From Azolla caroliniana (taxonomy: Eukaryota > Plantae > Polypodiophyta), in NCBI GenBank assembly GCA_043228905.1, contig JBHGNT010000016.1, forward strand, positions 8,928,001 to 8,992,000: DNA of 64,000 nt, in the 5' to 3' direction. This document shows, piece after piece, positions 36,851-50,239 of the stretch. Position numbers and translations under genes: made by a program. Position 1 is the stretch's first letter. Each line of letters begins with the position of its first letter. The notes under the pieces are model-generated. The model had not been told where the DNA came from. It made no database searches and worked only from the letters and a program-made list of their open reading frames with translations.

Positions 36851-37993
36851 ATGGAAACTGTTAGCGCTCAGGAATACGAATCTGTTTTCTCGGAGTTCCA
36901 GTGCTTAAAAGAGAAATTTGTAGCACTAGAACAAGAAAATCATCGTTTGTTGGGGGATCTTCAACAAATAGCGCTGGAAAAACAACAATAACATGGGGAG
37001 TTGACGTTACATGTACAACAACTCGAAGCAACTATCATATCATTACAACAACAAGGATCAAGCACTCAAGGGATTCACAAAGAATCCAAGATCGGTCTTC
37101 CTGCAAAATTTGATGGAACCCGATCACAGTTTAGAGGGTTTTTGAATCAGGTACGTTTAGTGATACAAATGCATCCTTCTCGATATCCCACCGATGCATC
37201 ACGAGTGGGACTAGTAGGCACTCTCCTTAGTGGCTTAGCGTTAGCATGGTTTGCTCCATTGTTGGAAAAGGAATCTCCATTACTAAACAGTTTTGAAGAA
37301 TTTATAAGTGAGTTTAAGGCCTGTTTTGGAGATACTGACAGCATAAGCATTGCAATCAACAAAATCCGGCGATTACGCCAAGGTGACTGTCTAGCCTCCG
37401 CATACGTTGCAGATTTCCGCCTACTCGCTGCCGATATCCCTTGGGATGATCACGCATTGATGGAGCAATTTCGATATGGTTTATGTAACGATGTCAAGGA
37501 TTTACTCTTGACCTTCCTCGAAGAGCCAAAGTCATTAACAGAAGCAATCAGTCGCGCGGTGAGATACGACAACCGCCTCTTCGAACGACATTCAAAACGA
37601 CAATTCCAGTTTCCGAGGGCAAGATCAGAGCCTACCTACGCCTCAGTGGTAGCGAAACCTTTTTCAAGGGAGTCATATAATGCGCCTCCAGTAAGTAGTC
37701 CATCTTCGATGGAAATTGACACCACACGTCGTCGTGGACCGCTATCGGAAGAAGAAAAGCAACGACGCCGAGCAAACCGACTATGTCTTTATTGCGGTGG
37801 ACCAGGGCATATCGCGGTAAACTGTCCCCACAGGCCAAGAAGGGAGGTAAACCAAATAGTTGCTAGTTTTGATTGTACTAAACCCGAGTCTATTTCAGTA
37901 AGGATATCTAATAGTCCTAATAGTACTAATAGCCCAAATCTAGCAAACAAATTTGATGTCCTTACTTAGTTAGAAGAAGAGTTAAACGACTAA
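36851..37993 (+). pseudogene. gag: Chromovirus gag (sushi/PEG10-type capsid and CCHC knuckle)
   Basis: PAKFDGTRSQFRGF...RRRANRLCLYCGGPGHIAVNCP; two in-frame stops. Confidence 0.85.
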
Positions 37994-40900
37994 GTCTAGC
38001 CAAAATAGGAGCCGTTTGGTTGGACAACCCTAGATCTGTGCAGCCTATTAGTGGTTCCATTCCCTCTAAGCAAGTTAGCAATGTGTTCGTAGTCCAAGTA
38101 ACAATTAGTACTAAGAGTACCCCTCCAGTACATGTCTTAGCACTTCTAGATTTCAGAGCTAATTCTTGCTTCATGGATAGGAACTTTGCCCAAGCTCATC
38201 AGATATCACTCAAAAAACTCTCGTGTCTAGCCTCTGCAGTAGTCATTGATGGTCATCCCATTGCTTCTGGAAATATCATAGAAGAGTCAGAGCCCGTTAA
38301 TATTGTCCTAGATAATCTAGTTGTGTAGTATCATTTAATATAATTAGCATCCTAGAACACCCCATTGTTTTAGGATTACCATGGTTTGAATTACATAACC
38401 CAGACATAGATTGGAGAACAAGAGAAATCCGGTATCGAGAAGCCCGAGGGTCTACTCATGAGATTGCAACCATTTCGCTACATCAATTGTGGGAAGAAGG
38501 ACACAAGGAAGAAATGTTTCTCTTCGCAATATCAGTAAAGCCCTCAGACACCATCAAAGAGGAGTCCACCGTTCAACTTCCAAAGAAGTATCATCATTAT
38601 GCCGATGTGTTCGATAAAGTACAAGCCAATACGCTTCCTCACCATCGACTATATGATTGCCCCATTGATTTACAACCGGGGAAAGAGCCACCATGGGGAC
38701 CAATCTACAATTTGTCACCAACCGAGCTAGAAGTCCTGCGAGCCTATATAGAGGAGAATTTGGAAAATGGTTTCATTCGGCATTCGAAATCTTCGTCAAG
38801 AAAAAGGATTGATCACTTCGTCTCATTGTAGATTATCGTGGCTTGAATAAGGTGACAATCAGAAATAGGTATGCACTTCCCCTTATCTCAAGTCTTTTAG
38901 AACGGATCAATGGTGCCAGGTTTTTCACGAAGATCGACTTACGGGGAGCCTATAACCTCGTACGGATCCGACCAAGAGATGAATGGAAGACCTCGTTTAG
39001 CACCAGATATGGGCACTTCGAGTATACAGTCATGCCGTTCGGTCTCACTAATGCGTCGGCAGTCTTCCAACACATGACAAATGATATATTCCAGGATCTC
39101 TTGGATGTTTGTTTGATCATCTATTTGGATGATCTACTAGTTTATTCGAAGACCCAAGAAGAGCATGATTCTCATGTACTATTAGTACTAAAACGACTTT
39201 GAGAACATGGTCTTTATGCAAAGCTAGAAAATGTAGTTTTGGGTGCAACCAGGTGAAATTTCTAGGCTATGTCATTTCCTCGGAAGGCATCTCCATGGAC
39301 CCAGCTAAGGTCAACACTGTGGTAGAGTGGCAAACTCTGCGTTCGGTGTGAGATGTGCAATGCTTTTTAGGCTTTGTCAGATTTTACTAGAAGTTCATAC
39401 AGGATTACTCAAAGCTCGTTCTGCCTCTCACACAGCTTACCAGGAAGGGACAATCGTTCGTTTGGTGTAAAGAAGCGGACATGACTTTCGAGAGTCTTAA
39501 AAAGGCATTTACATCGGCTCCAATTCTAGCTCATGTCGATCCGGAAAAACCATTCATTATCGAAGCAGACGCATCGGATTTCGCATTGGGGAGCATTCTG
39601 TCACAACGGGGTAATGATGAGAAGCTACATCCTGTGGCTTTTCACTCATGCAAGTTGGACGCCGCCGAACTCAACTACGAAATTCATGATAAGGAGCTAT
39701 TGGCAATAGTGGACTCTTTTACGCAATGGAGGCATTTTCTAGAGGGATCCTCTCATCAAGTCACCGTATTCAGTGACCACAAAAACCTTGCCTACTTTTA
39801 GGACGCTCGTGTGTTAAATCGACGTCAAGCTCGGTGGGCGCACTTCCTCACGCGTTTCGACTTCAAAATTACATATCGTCCGGGGCAGCACAAAGGGAAG
39901 GCAGTTGCATTATCACGGTGTTCGTACCTAGCACCGCGTCCTGGCGAGCCAGCTTTTGATAACCAAAAGCAAGTAATCTTGGGACCGACTCGACTGCAAG
40001 CAACACAGGTCTTTGGCATGCCCATGGATTCCCACGTTATCGATACTATATGTGAGGACTTGAAGACCAATGCTTTCACCCAAGCCATTCTAGCACAAAT
40101 TGATCCCTCTCGAGCATCTTGTTCAAAGTCGCAACCACCAGGTACGGACTATCGGAAATTCAAATACCATGATGGATTGCTATTCTTTAAGAAACTCTTG
40201 TATGTTCCTAATGGTTCTTGCCGCCTTCGAGTAGTCCAAAACTGTCATGACACATATACAACTGGGCATTTTGGTAGTACTAAAACATTAGATTTAGTAC
40301 AACTATCATTTTGGTGGTCCCGTATGCGACAATTTGTCGAAGATTTTGTTCGGACTTGTGATACATGTTGCAGAGCGAAAATGTCAAGGCATCATCCATA
40401 TGGTTTATTAGAACCATTACCAATTCCAAGCAAGCCGTGGCAATCCATTGCTATAGACTTCATCATAGATCTTCCAGTCTCTAAAGGGTTCAATGTGATT
40501 CTAACAGTCATAGATTGATATACGAAGATGGCTCATCTCTTGCCATGTACTAAGGAAATATCCAGTGAAGAAACCGATGAAATTGTCATGCGTGAAATAT
40601 GTCGGCATCATGGTCTTCCCGATAGTATCATCAGCGACCGTGGACCCCAGTTCGTATCGAAATTCTAGAAACACCTTTTTAAAATGCTCAAGGTCACGTG
40701 TAACCTCTCCTCCGGCTACCACCCACAAACGGATGACCAAGCAGAACAAACAAATCAAACACTAGAGCAGTATCTTCGGTGCTTTCTAAGCTATCATCAG
40801 GATGACTAGGTAGATATTCTCCACTTCGTCGAATTTTCCTACAATAACTCTGTCCACGCATCGACTAAAGTTACGCCATTTTATGCTTATACGGGTTCTC

Positions 40901-41340
40901 ACCCCTGGTGGTGTGTATTTGAAACCCCAGAGTTGTCCACAAATCCTTGCGTAGAGGATCGTTTAGAGCGGTTACACAAGATACAAGGGTGAAAGCATGC
41001 GAGTGGAAACAATTAGCTATGTCCTTGACATAGCTAATTAGCTATGCAAAAAGCTACCATTGATAAATAGTCATTTTAGTAGAAAGCCATCATTAATAAA
41101 TTAAGTATGCAAAAAACTACCATTGAAAATACTAGACTGTTTTAATTACATATGTAAATGAGTGCCATAAATGTGCAACATAAATTGATGTGTGCACCAT
41201 AAATGTGTACCATAAATTATATATCGAATTCCTAGGTCCATTATGCATGATCCTTTGCCACATCACGTAGGCCATCTCTAGTTGAGTATTGTGGGTTAGT
41301 TGCTACCACTGTTGCTAAACCCTATCGAGTCCACCTGCCG

Positions 41341-41990
41341 CCACTCTACACTAAGGGGCCACTACTGTGCGTTCCAAGCATCATCAAAGAGCAGCTCAAT
41401 CTGACGGGGTTCTCTTCTCTATGACACTCTACACTCAGGGGCCACTACTGTGCATTCCAAGCATCATCAAAGAGTTGTTCAATCTGACGGGGTTCTCTTC
41501 TCTGTGCCACTCTACACTCAGGGGCCGCTACTGTGCGTTCCAAGCATCATCAAAGAGCTGTTCAATCTGACGGGGTTCTCTTCTCTGTGCCACTCTACAC
41601 TTAAGGGCCGTTATTGTGTGTCCCAAGCATCATCAAAGAGCTGTTCAATCTGATGGGGTTCTCTTCTCTGTGCCACTCTACAGTCAAGGGCCGCTACTGT
41701 GCATTCCAAGCATCATTGGTAACTGTTCAATCTGACGGGGTTCTCTTCTCTGTGCCACTCTACTCTCAGGTGCCTTCTATGTGCGTTCCAAGCATCATCA
41801 GTAACTGTTCAATCTGACGGGGTTCTCTCCTCCATTGCCATCATTCTATACTCAGTTGCCGCTACTGTCCAGTCCCGGATTGCTTCCACATTTCGATTTG
41901 ACGGAGTTCACTCATCCAACGGCAACATTCTACACTCAGTTGTCACCATTGATCGGTCTTGGATCGCCTCCTCAACTGTTCGATCCAACA
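41341..41990. repeat. 83-bp tandem repeat (6 good and about 2 degenerate copies)
   Basis: Units start at 41342, 41425, 41508, 41591, 41674 and 41756. Confidence 0.9.
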
Positions 41991-42152
41991 GAGTGAACTC
42001 CTCTACTATTCGGTTTTGGATTGCAATAACTTTTCTGTCTATTGATTATCTTGTGTATTGTTGTGTCTAATCTTGTGTATTGTGGAATATTTTTGTGTAT
42101 TGTTGTTGCCCATAGCCATCTTAAATACTTGTTTTTTTTTCTGGAAATTTAG

Positions 42153-45100
42153 GGGAAGAAGGGTGTTTAGAATTACCCCTCAATGATCATAAGGATAGGG
42201 ATGATGATATCAGGACACAACAATCCATACGAAACTATTGGGCAAAAGAAAAAAGGAAACATCGTCAATTGTTGAAGGATACGAAAGCCACACTCAGTAA
42301 AGGTAAGGATAGTTTAGCTGAGAATGTAAGTAATGCGACAACCATCATAGAGAGAAAGGTTGTAGACTATTTCAATGTTCAAACCAAGCACATCAGCAAT
42401 GAATATGTAATGATCCATCGATAAAGGACTTAGTTGATTGTGATGGTCTTAATGCAAACATATCATCTATTTTAGTAAATAATCTTCGTAATAGTTTCGT
42501 ATCCATGAGCAGGTCAGAAGATGATCTTGTCTTAAAAAGGTCTAGTCTAATGATGTTACTTAATAGTGATGTTGTCGATATAAACATCAGTGAGCTATCT
42601 AAGGTAATTGGTGTTAGTAGAAAAACAGTGTACAATACAATGAACCGTATAATTTCCTCGGGTGAAGGAACTAGTCTACTAAAGCTAACTACAAGATGTA
42701 AGCCAATGACACCCATAACATTTGAAATCAAGGATGTAATCACAATGTTTTGGACTAATGAGAGTAGGGTTTCACCCAATAAAAAGGATTTATGCAGGAA
42801 ACGTGTTGGAAGAAATCAATACGAGGAGCATCCCATTCATCTTCTTGATGTACCTCAGGTATTTACATTTATCTCAACATTTGTTTTGACTCTACACGGA
42901 AAGTTAATTAGCTCAGTTAGCAGAAAAGCTAATTAGCTTATTAGTTACATTTACCTCAGTTAGCTACTAGGATAGCTACTACATAGGTAACTGGCTACTC
43001 TCAATAGCTACTATCATGATAGCTAATTAGCTATTCTCAATAGCTAATTTAGGTACTACCAGATAATTAGCTGTACTCGTAGCTAGTTAGCTATCATGGT
43101 AGCTAGTTAGCTATTTCGTTATTACCAGCTAATTAGCTACTAGGAAAGCTAATTAGCTACCATGATAGCTAATTAGCTTACTAGGACAGCTAATTAGCCA
43201 CCGTGATAGCTAATTAGCTACCATGATAGCTAATTAGTTACTAGGAAAGCTAATTAGCCACCATGATAGCTAATTAGCTACTAGACCAACTAATTAGCTA
43301 CCATGATAGCTAATTAGCTACTAGAATAGCTAATTAGCTACCATGATAGCTAATTAGCTACCATGATAGCTAATTAGCTACTAGGACAGCTAATTAGCTA
43401 CCATGATAGCTAATTAGCTACTAGGACAGCTAATTAGCTACCATGATAACTAATTAGCTACTAGGATAACTAATTAGCTACCATGATAGCTAATTAGCTA
43501 CTAGAATAGCTAATAACCTACTAGAATAGCTAATTAGCTACTAGAATAGCTACTAGGATAGTTAGCTAGTTACGAGAATAACTAATTCCCCTTTATTACG
43601 CAGGTCGATTTATTTATTAGGTTCAAACGAATGCATCCAACTATCAAAGTTCAACTACGAACATTCGAGTCTCTTAAGCCACACTTTGTGAGACGCTTAA
43701 AGGATCGATACACATGTTGTTGCATTTACCAGGTACAAATGGGTTTTCTGAAGGACTCTGTTAATCTACTACGTCACTATAGCGCATCCCTAACTAATAC
43801 AGTTTGCACATGTGGGTGCCCAATCTGTCGATCAAGCTTGCAAGAGGAGTGTAAATCATCTGAGCACATTATCTCTTCCATGAGTTATTTATTAGATTCA
43901 ATATTGTGTCCGAGAGAAACTGGCGCTATCTTCCATATTCATAACTGTGTCATGGGTTTATGTCAAGATTGTGGCCCTACTAGATTTAGGTGGTGTCCAA
44001 ATGAATTGAGTAGTGAAATATTGATCTCTGTGAAGTTCTTTGAGTCAGTGAACACCAATTTCGAAGGAAAGGTGTGTAAAAGAAAGGATCTAGTTCGGAA
44101 GATGCTTAAACGAAGGGATTTGGTGTCTCTATTTGTAGTATCTCTAGGAAAGTTCATTAAACACAACTTCATTTATTCATGGCAGGCCCATCAGTTTAAG
44201 ACTTGAATATCTGATTTCCCAAATGATGTAGTAGTCTCAGTAGTAGATTTCGCAGAGAATTATACTTTCAAGCAGCAGAATGAAATTCAATCTATGCATT
44301 CGAGTTTCAGGTGATGTTAAAAAAGTAATTCATTTCTTTATTTCCGATGATAAGAAGCATGATACCTTGTTCGTCCAACACTGTTTTAAGTTACATTGGC
44401 AGTGGTTATTAGCTCAACGTTTGGAGCTTACTCAACATTGGGTCTGGTCTGATGGAGCTGCGTCACAATTCAAGGCTCGACGTCCATTTTATTTTGTGGG
44501 GAGGTATCCTGCTATAACAGGTTTGGAGATGAGATGGAATTTTTTTGGGTCTGGCCATGGTAAAGGTGAACATGATGGTGCAGGGGCTGTTATAAAGCGG
44601 GCACTTACCCATGAACAACTAAAGACAGATGGTGTGCACATGAATCGTGCATCACATGTAGTTGAATTTTTAAGAACAAATATGTCATCGAGTGCAACGG
44701 GTGTTTATTCCTCGCAAGTCCGAGATATCAAACGTGAATTTTGGGAAGTGAAGATAGATGAAGTAAATAGGGAGAAGACCTGGGAGTGCCAAGGAATTCC
44801 CGAATTGCGATCTCTGCATGCTGTTCGCGGTTATTCCAGATTGGATGGTCATTGTATTGCGGTTAGAGAATTGACTTGTTTTTGCTTCCATTGTGTGCAG
44901 GGAAATTGGAGATATTGTCTAAACAAAGCATACATTCAGAATTGAGAGTATCACACTCTGAATGATAAGGAAGCAGTTGATGGAGAAACAAGGCAGAATG
45001 CTGACTTCACATATGAGGGACTTGGAGATACTTTGAGTGATGTCCTGAACGTTGGGGATAACTTCGCTGTAAATGCTGAAGAAGGCAATTCAGAGGGTGC

Positions 45101-45401
45101 TTATTTCTATATATTAAAGTGCACGGTTAGTAAACAGTGTGCAAGGCAGAATATTGTAGATGCATGGGGAAATTTTGTATCTGCTGGGACATTCTACATC
45201 GAAGGCATTTTTTATGCAAAACTAGATGACTACGAATATGTGTACAGGCTATTAGAAGACAAACCAACGGCGTACATGTACTCTCATTTGGTTAGGTGCA
45301 TCAACGTCCCAATGTCAGAATACAATAGTTGCTCAGGTTTATACACTGTTGGTGCTAATGTGTATGAATGTATTTACAATAGTGTGCCATGGAATTTGTA
45401 G
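42153..45401 (+). pseudogene. DDD transposase (Sola2-like), intron 42859-43603
   Basis: The splice joins HLLDVPQ to VDLFIRFKRMHP in phase 0. Cys-rich region, then VVDFAENY, ISDDKKHD, WSDGAASQFK, GSGHGKGEHDGAGAVIKR and C-x-C-x-x-C. Contains stops and a deletion; start uncertain. Confidence 0.8.
42905..43575. repeat. Array of palindrome TAGCTAATTAGCTA (about 20-bp period), mostly within the transposase intron
   Basis: Directly visible; spacers alternate between CCATGA and CTAGGA/CTAGAA types. Confidence 0.92.
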
Positions 45402-45758
45402 CTACAAGTAGCACTTACCATGTTCTCTTGTAAAACAAACATGTATTTCGCGAAAACAGTTAAATAAATTCGTTTGAGAATCAATTTCTTGTATACAGTC
45501 TACTTTCTGTGCTTCTTTCTCAATAAAATCATGTCTTTTTTGTTAAGTTTTAAGTTATAAGTTATAGCGAAATAGTCATCAGTAGCTAATTAGCTGTACA
45601 AATGCAGCTAATTAGCTGTCAATAGCTAAATAGTCATCAATAGCATGAAATCAACAATCTGCAACATATTCCTCAAATTACACAGTAGATAAGTACAGTG
45701 AGAACAAGTAATTAAATTCTTCATTGAATAATGTCATCTCTTTACATATTTATAAATT

Positions 45759-48700
45759 ACCATTGGAAATGTCTACAAATCTCCTATGAACAGCTAAGCT
45801 CTTGCTAATCAATGGAACGAGTCTACATATATTATCCGCATATCGAGCTCAGTATGGAGTCCACAACCATGCACCTAGTTGACAGCTCACTATTTGCACC
45901 AAGTATTGTTCAGGCATTTCCTCGGGTAGAATGAGACAGCATCTCCGAATATTGAAGTAGTGCCGGAAATGTTCTGTATCCAAAATCAATGTATTGTCGG
46001 CATTATATTCAGGCCAAGTAGCCCAAAATTCAGAAAGTCTCTTGAATCTTGCAGCTTCCATTTGCTCACAATTTTCTCGTGCCCATTGACCTTTAAAACG
46101 ACTTCGCCATTTTGGGAAGAATCTTGCCAAACACTTCCACACATCTGATTTTGGTTTTTCACTCCAAATAAACAAATCAAAGTATTGCACAACCCACTCT
46201 AGAAACTGATTCACGTCCCTCCTTGGCTGCATATATCTCACACTCATCAAGACTTTATCAAGCTCCAAGATCAAGGCTCTTCTTTCGACTTCTAGTGGTT
46301 TAGGTTTCCATTCCTAAAACTGAGCCGCTGTTACACCATTTTCTGGTAGGATACGATCAATCTCAATCAGCTCAGGTTCGGCCGACACAAGTGGCGTCCT
46401 TTTCCTCTTCAAACCCCTAGTCGACTATGTTGGGCCTGGCTTCACATTCTGGTGCTCTTGTTTTGTCAACTTATTTATCAATCCTTGGATTACCTCGGTG
46501 CATGTAGCTACTGATCTGCTCGATATCAGTCCACTGGTATCACATGCTGCATCTACCTGCAACACCAAGTCATCCGTGCTACATGCTGCATCTACCTGCA
46601 ACACCAAGTCATCTGTGCAACATGCTTGATCAACTTGTGTGACCAGATCACTTGTGTCAGTTGCTATATCTACTTTCAAGATGGGGCCTTTTAAACATGC
46701 CGCAACATCAACAGTATCCACACTGCCATTGGCCTTACGAGCAATAGAATCAAACCCTTTAGACTCTGCAACATCAGAAAACACCAACATATTCACACTC
46801 ACAAAGTAACTAACAGTCTCACAAAACAACATCCTGAACATCAAAGAGTTTCAGTCATAGAACAACACTCTTCAAATTATCTTGGAAAAACATCATAGAG
46901 TTCCATTACATAATGTGGATCAAGCAACAACCAATTTGAGGTTTTACTTGTCCAATAGGATAGTAAAACTTCATAAAACCTTAGCAAAATCCCTAAGCTA
47001 ACAATCATATCCAACTAAACAGTATTTCGCTCCACTACGTCTGGGCCCCTTGACCGAGTAACTGGTCTTGTTCCCGATCGTGGCCCCTTCTTCAGCCTTT
47101 TTCTGGTCGGTTCCCCATTTAGCCTTGCTTCTTTCACCACATGCGCAAGTGTGTCCTCCTCCGACAACCTTCCCATCGCCTCAGCAGCTAATTGCACATC
47201 AACCGTTTCTTGAACTAGCTTTTCAAGTACAGAGGGATCTGTTTGGACATTTTCAGTAGTTGGGCTCGGTGGGGTGGAATCAAGGTCTTGAGATTCGAAG
47301 AAATGTTGCATCAAGTGTTCATAAACATTGTTGTTGTGAACCTCAGTTTTACATGTTGTTTCCACTATTTCATGGCATTTCACATCGTTGCCTAATTCAG
47401 TACATTGTTCCAAAAGAATAGGGTGGAGCTGATCTGAAGGAGATGTGATAGCAGGACTCTTACTTTCAGCCACGTTGGCAGCAATATCCTCATCTGTTGC
47501 AGCGTCATCAGCACCAGACACATCATGTGCCGTCCTTAATCCACAAGATTCCACAATAACATGGCAGCTATTTAGGATAGCTAATTAGCTACTTTACTAA
47601 ACTATGGTCGAAGCTAGGATAGCTAATTAGCTAGTACGATAGCTAATTAGGATAGCTAATTAGCTACTTTACTCAACTATGGTAGTAGCTAATTAATTAG
47701 CTACTTTACTCAACTATGGTAGTAGCTAGGATAGCTAATTAATTAGCTACTTTACTCAACTATGGTAGTAGCTAGGATAGCTAATTAATTAGCTACTTTA
47801 CTCAACTATGGTAGTAGCTAGGATAGCTAATTAATTAGCTACTTTACTCAACTATGGTAGTAGCTAGGATAGCTAATTAATTAGCTACTTTACTCAACTA
47901 TGGTAGTAGCTAGGATAGCTAATTAGCTACTTTACTCAACTATGGTAGTAGCTAGGATAGCTAATTAGCTACTTTACTAACTATGGTAGTAGCTAGGATA
48001 GCTAATTAGCTACTAGGATAGCTTATTAGCTACTTTACACAACTATGGCAATAGCTAATTAGCTAGTAGGATAGCTAATTAGTTGCCAGTAGGTAATTAG
48101 CTAGTGGGATAGCTAATTAGCTTTTTTACACAACTATGGTACTAGCTAATTAGCTACTACCATAGCTAATTAGCTACTTTACACAACTATGGCAGTAGGT
48201 AATTAGCTAGTAGGATAGCTAATTAGCTACTAGGATAGCTTATTAGCTACTTTACACAACTATGGCAGTAGGTAATTAACTAGTAGGATAGCTAATTAGC
48301 TACTAGGATAGCTAATTAGTTGCCAGTAGCTAATTAGCAGTAGGATAGCTAATTAGCTTTTTTACACAACTATGGTACTAGCTAATTAGCTAGTACCATA
48401 GCTAATTAGCTACTAAGATAGCTAATTAGCTAGTAGCTCATTAGCTGCCAGTAGCTAATTAGCTAGTAGGATAGCTAATTAGCTACTTTATACAACTATG
48501 GTGCTAGCTAATTAGCTATGAGTGGCTAATTAGCTAGTAGCTAACTAGTTGGCATTAGCTAATTAGCTGCCAGTAGGATAGCTAATTAGCTAGTAGCTAA
48601 TTAGCTGCCAGTAGGATAGCTAATTAGCTAGTAGCTAACTAGCTGCCACTTAGCTAATTAACTACTGTAGTAAACTATGGCAGTAGCTAATTAACTAAGA

Positions 48701-50135
48701 GGATAGCTATTAGCTGCTTTAATCAACTATGGTAGTAGCTAATTAGCTACAACGATAGCAGCAAAATAGTTTCCATACTTTTTACGGCTTAGCTAATTAG
48801 AAAAGACTAAGCTTATTAGCTACATTATGGTATACCTGTTAGTTTTCTCCACTCATTTGGTAGAGCTGTACTGCAATCTCCCAAACAGAATGCAGCAATT
48901 CGACAGGCATGTTGAAAACAAAGCAGATGGTATGTGTGGTTGCATGGTTGTAGGTGAACCAACAAAGACGCAGTTTTGTCCTCCACACCTAACCCGCAAG
49001 CGATGCAACGTGCTTGAACTGTCAATAAATCATTTTCTGGTTCTGCTTCATTTGGTAAGGGAGCAAGAATGTTCAGGTCCAAATCCTGTCTGGTCCTTAC
49101 GATTCTCTCCACAAAATGTAGCTGCTTCTTAAGGCAGCTAACTACCTGTTCTTGATGAATGTATTGTTCCTTCAACGCAACAGAGAAATTTACCGATTAA
49201 TTATTCCTCTTGTTGAAAGATACACCAACTTTGCTCAGGAATCGTTAACTTACTTGAAGCTTATCCAAATTGTAATCTGCAACAGTATTTACACCTAGAA
49301 GGTCCAAGTTCATTAAAAGAACCTGGATCTCTATTTGCAGTTGTATTTTACGTTGGGGATCTAGTGGCCCCTCTAATTCAAGCTCATGTTGCACAACCTA
49401 TTCCAAATAATGCTTGATTAGCACATTTTACCCTTAAAGTTATTTATAACACAATCACATACCAGCAATTTAAACAATAGTTACCTGAATCTTATTTCTA
49501 ATTGTTGTAATAGTGGAAGTAACTTTTCTCTCCACTGCAAAAGCCATTGTGGCTTTCTCTAAATCAGTCTTAAAAAATGCCAATGTCTCACAGGCTTCAT
49601 GGACATTTTTTAGCATATAGCTAACCAATGTCTCACTTGTATCATCAACATTGGCTTTCCTTGGGTGTCGGTGTGGTGTATGCCCCCGGTCTTGCTGGGA
49701 GTCGGCAGTTGCATCAACAACTGCCATGCTCCAAAATCTGTCTACTTTTTGTGCCAAGGTCCCCATCTTTCGGCATCTTTTTACCGATGCCTCACCATAG
49801 ACTGCCCAAGCTACCCTATACATTTCAGGGTCTCTGGATTCCTTCGTTGTTTTGCAGTACTCATATGCAAATGCTCTAGCAAATGAAACTGACAACTCAT
49901 TGTTAACTGGGATCTCCTGATGAACTTTCTGGTGCAGCCTCATGCAGTCATGGTACAAGTCGGCTCGTACATGCTTCAGCTTGACCTTGCCTTTGACTCT
50001 AGGCATTGTATATACTGTCATCCAGTCTACATCACTGATCAATTTATCACTTAGGACAGCAGGGTCAACACCCTCGAGTGACAGACCATAAGTGTTGCGA
50101 AGTTTAGCACTCTCGTATACGGAGGAACGAGCCAT
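45759..50135 (-). pseudogene. Multi-exon cargo gene: unknown N-terminal domain, helical region, RING-like finger, low-complexity linker, FCP1/NIF-like HAD phosphatase homologue
   Basis: Phase-compatible exons 50135-49485, 49397-49254 and 49169-48836 (CIAC...PCNHTYHLLC...CLGDC). Further coding blocks at about 47493-47040 and 46766-45759 (ALILELDKVL, FLEWVVQYFDLFIWS, NTLILD). The later splice sites and the 3' end are uncertain. Confidence 0.65.
47565..48825. repeat. Second TAGCTAATTAGCTA palindrome array with 42-46-bp higher-order units, in the cargo-gene intron
   Basis: Directly visible; units include ...TACTTTACTCAACTATGGTAG... Confidence 0.92.
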
Positions 50136-50239
50136 CTGAAATATCATTTCAGAAATCAGAAATAGTGCAAAATCAGAATATGTGAGAATCAAAAACCCCA
50201 ATCAACAACAAAAATGGTGCAAAATCTTTAACTTAGCAA

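Noticed and set aside
41341-41990. Possible CRISPR array or coding repeat (ORFs 41367-41817)
   Set aside because: Whole 83-bp units repeat with no unique spacers. The unit length is not a multiple of 3, so the ORFs are by-products.
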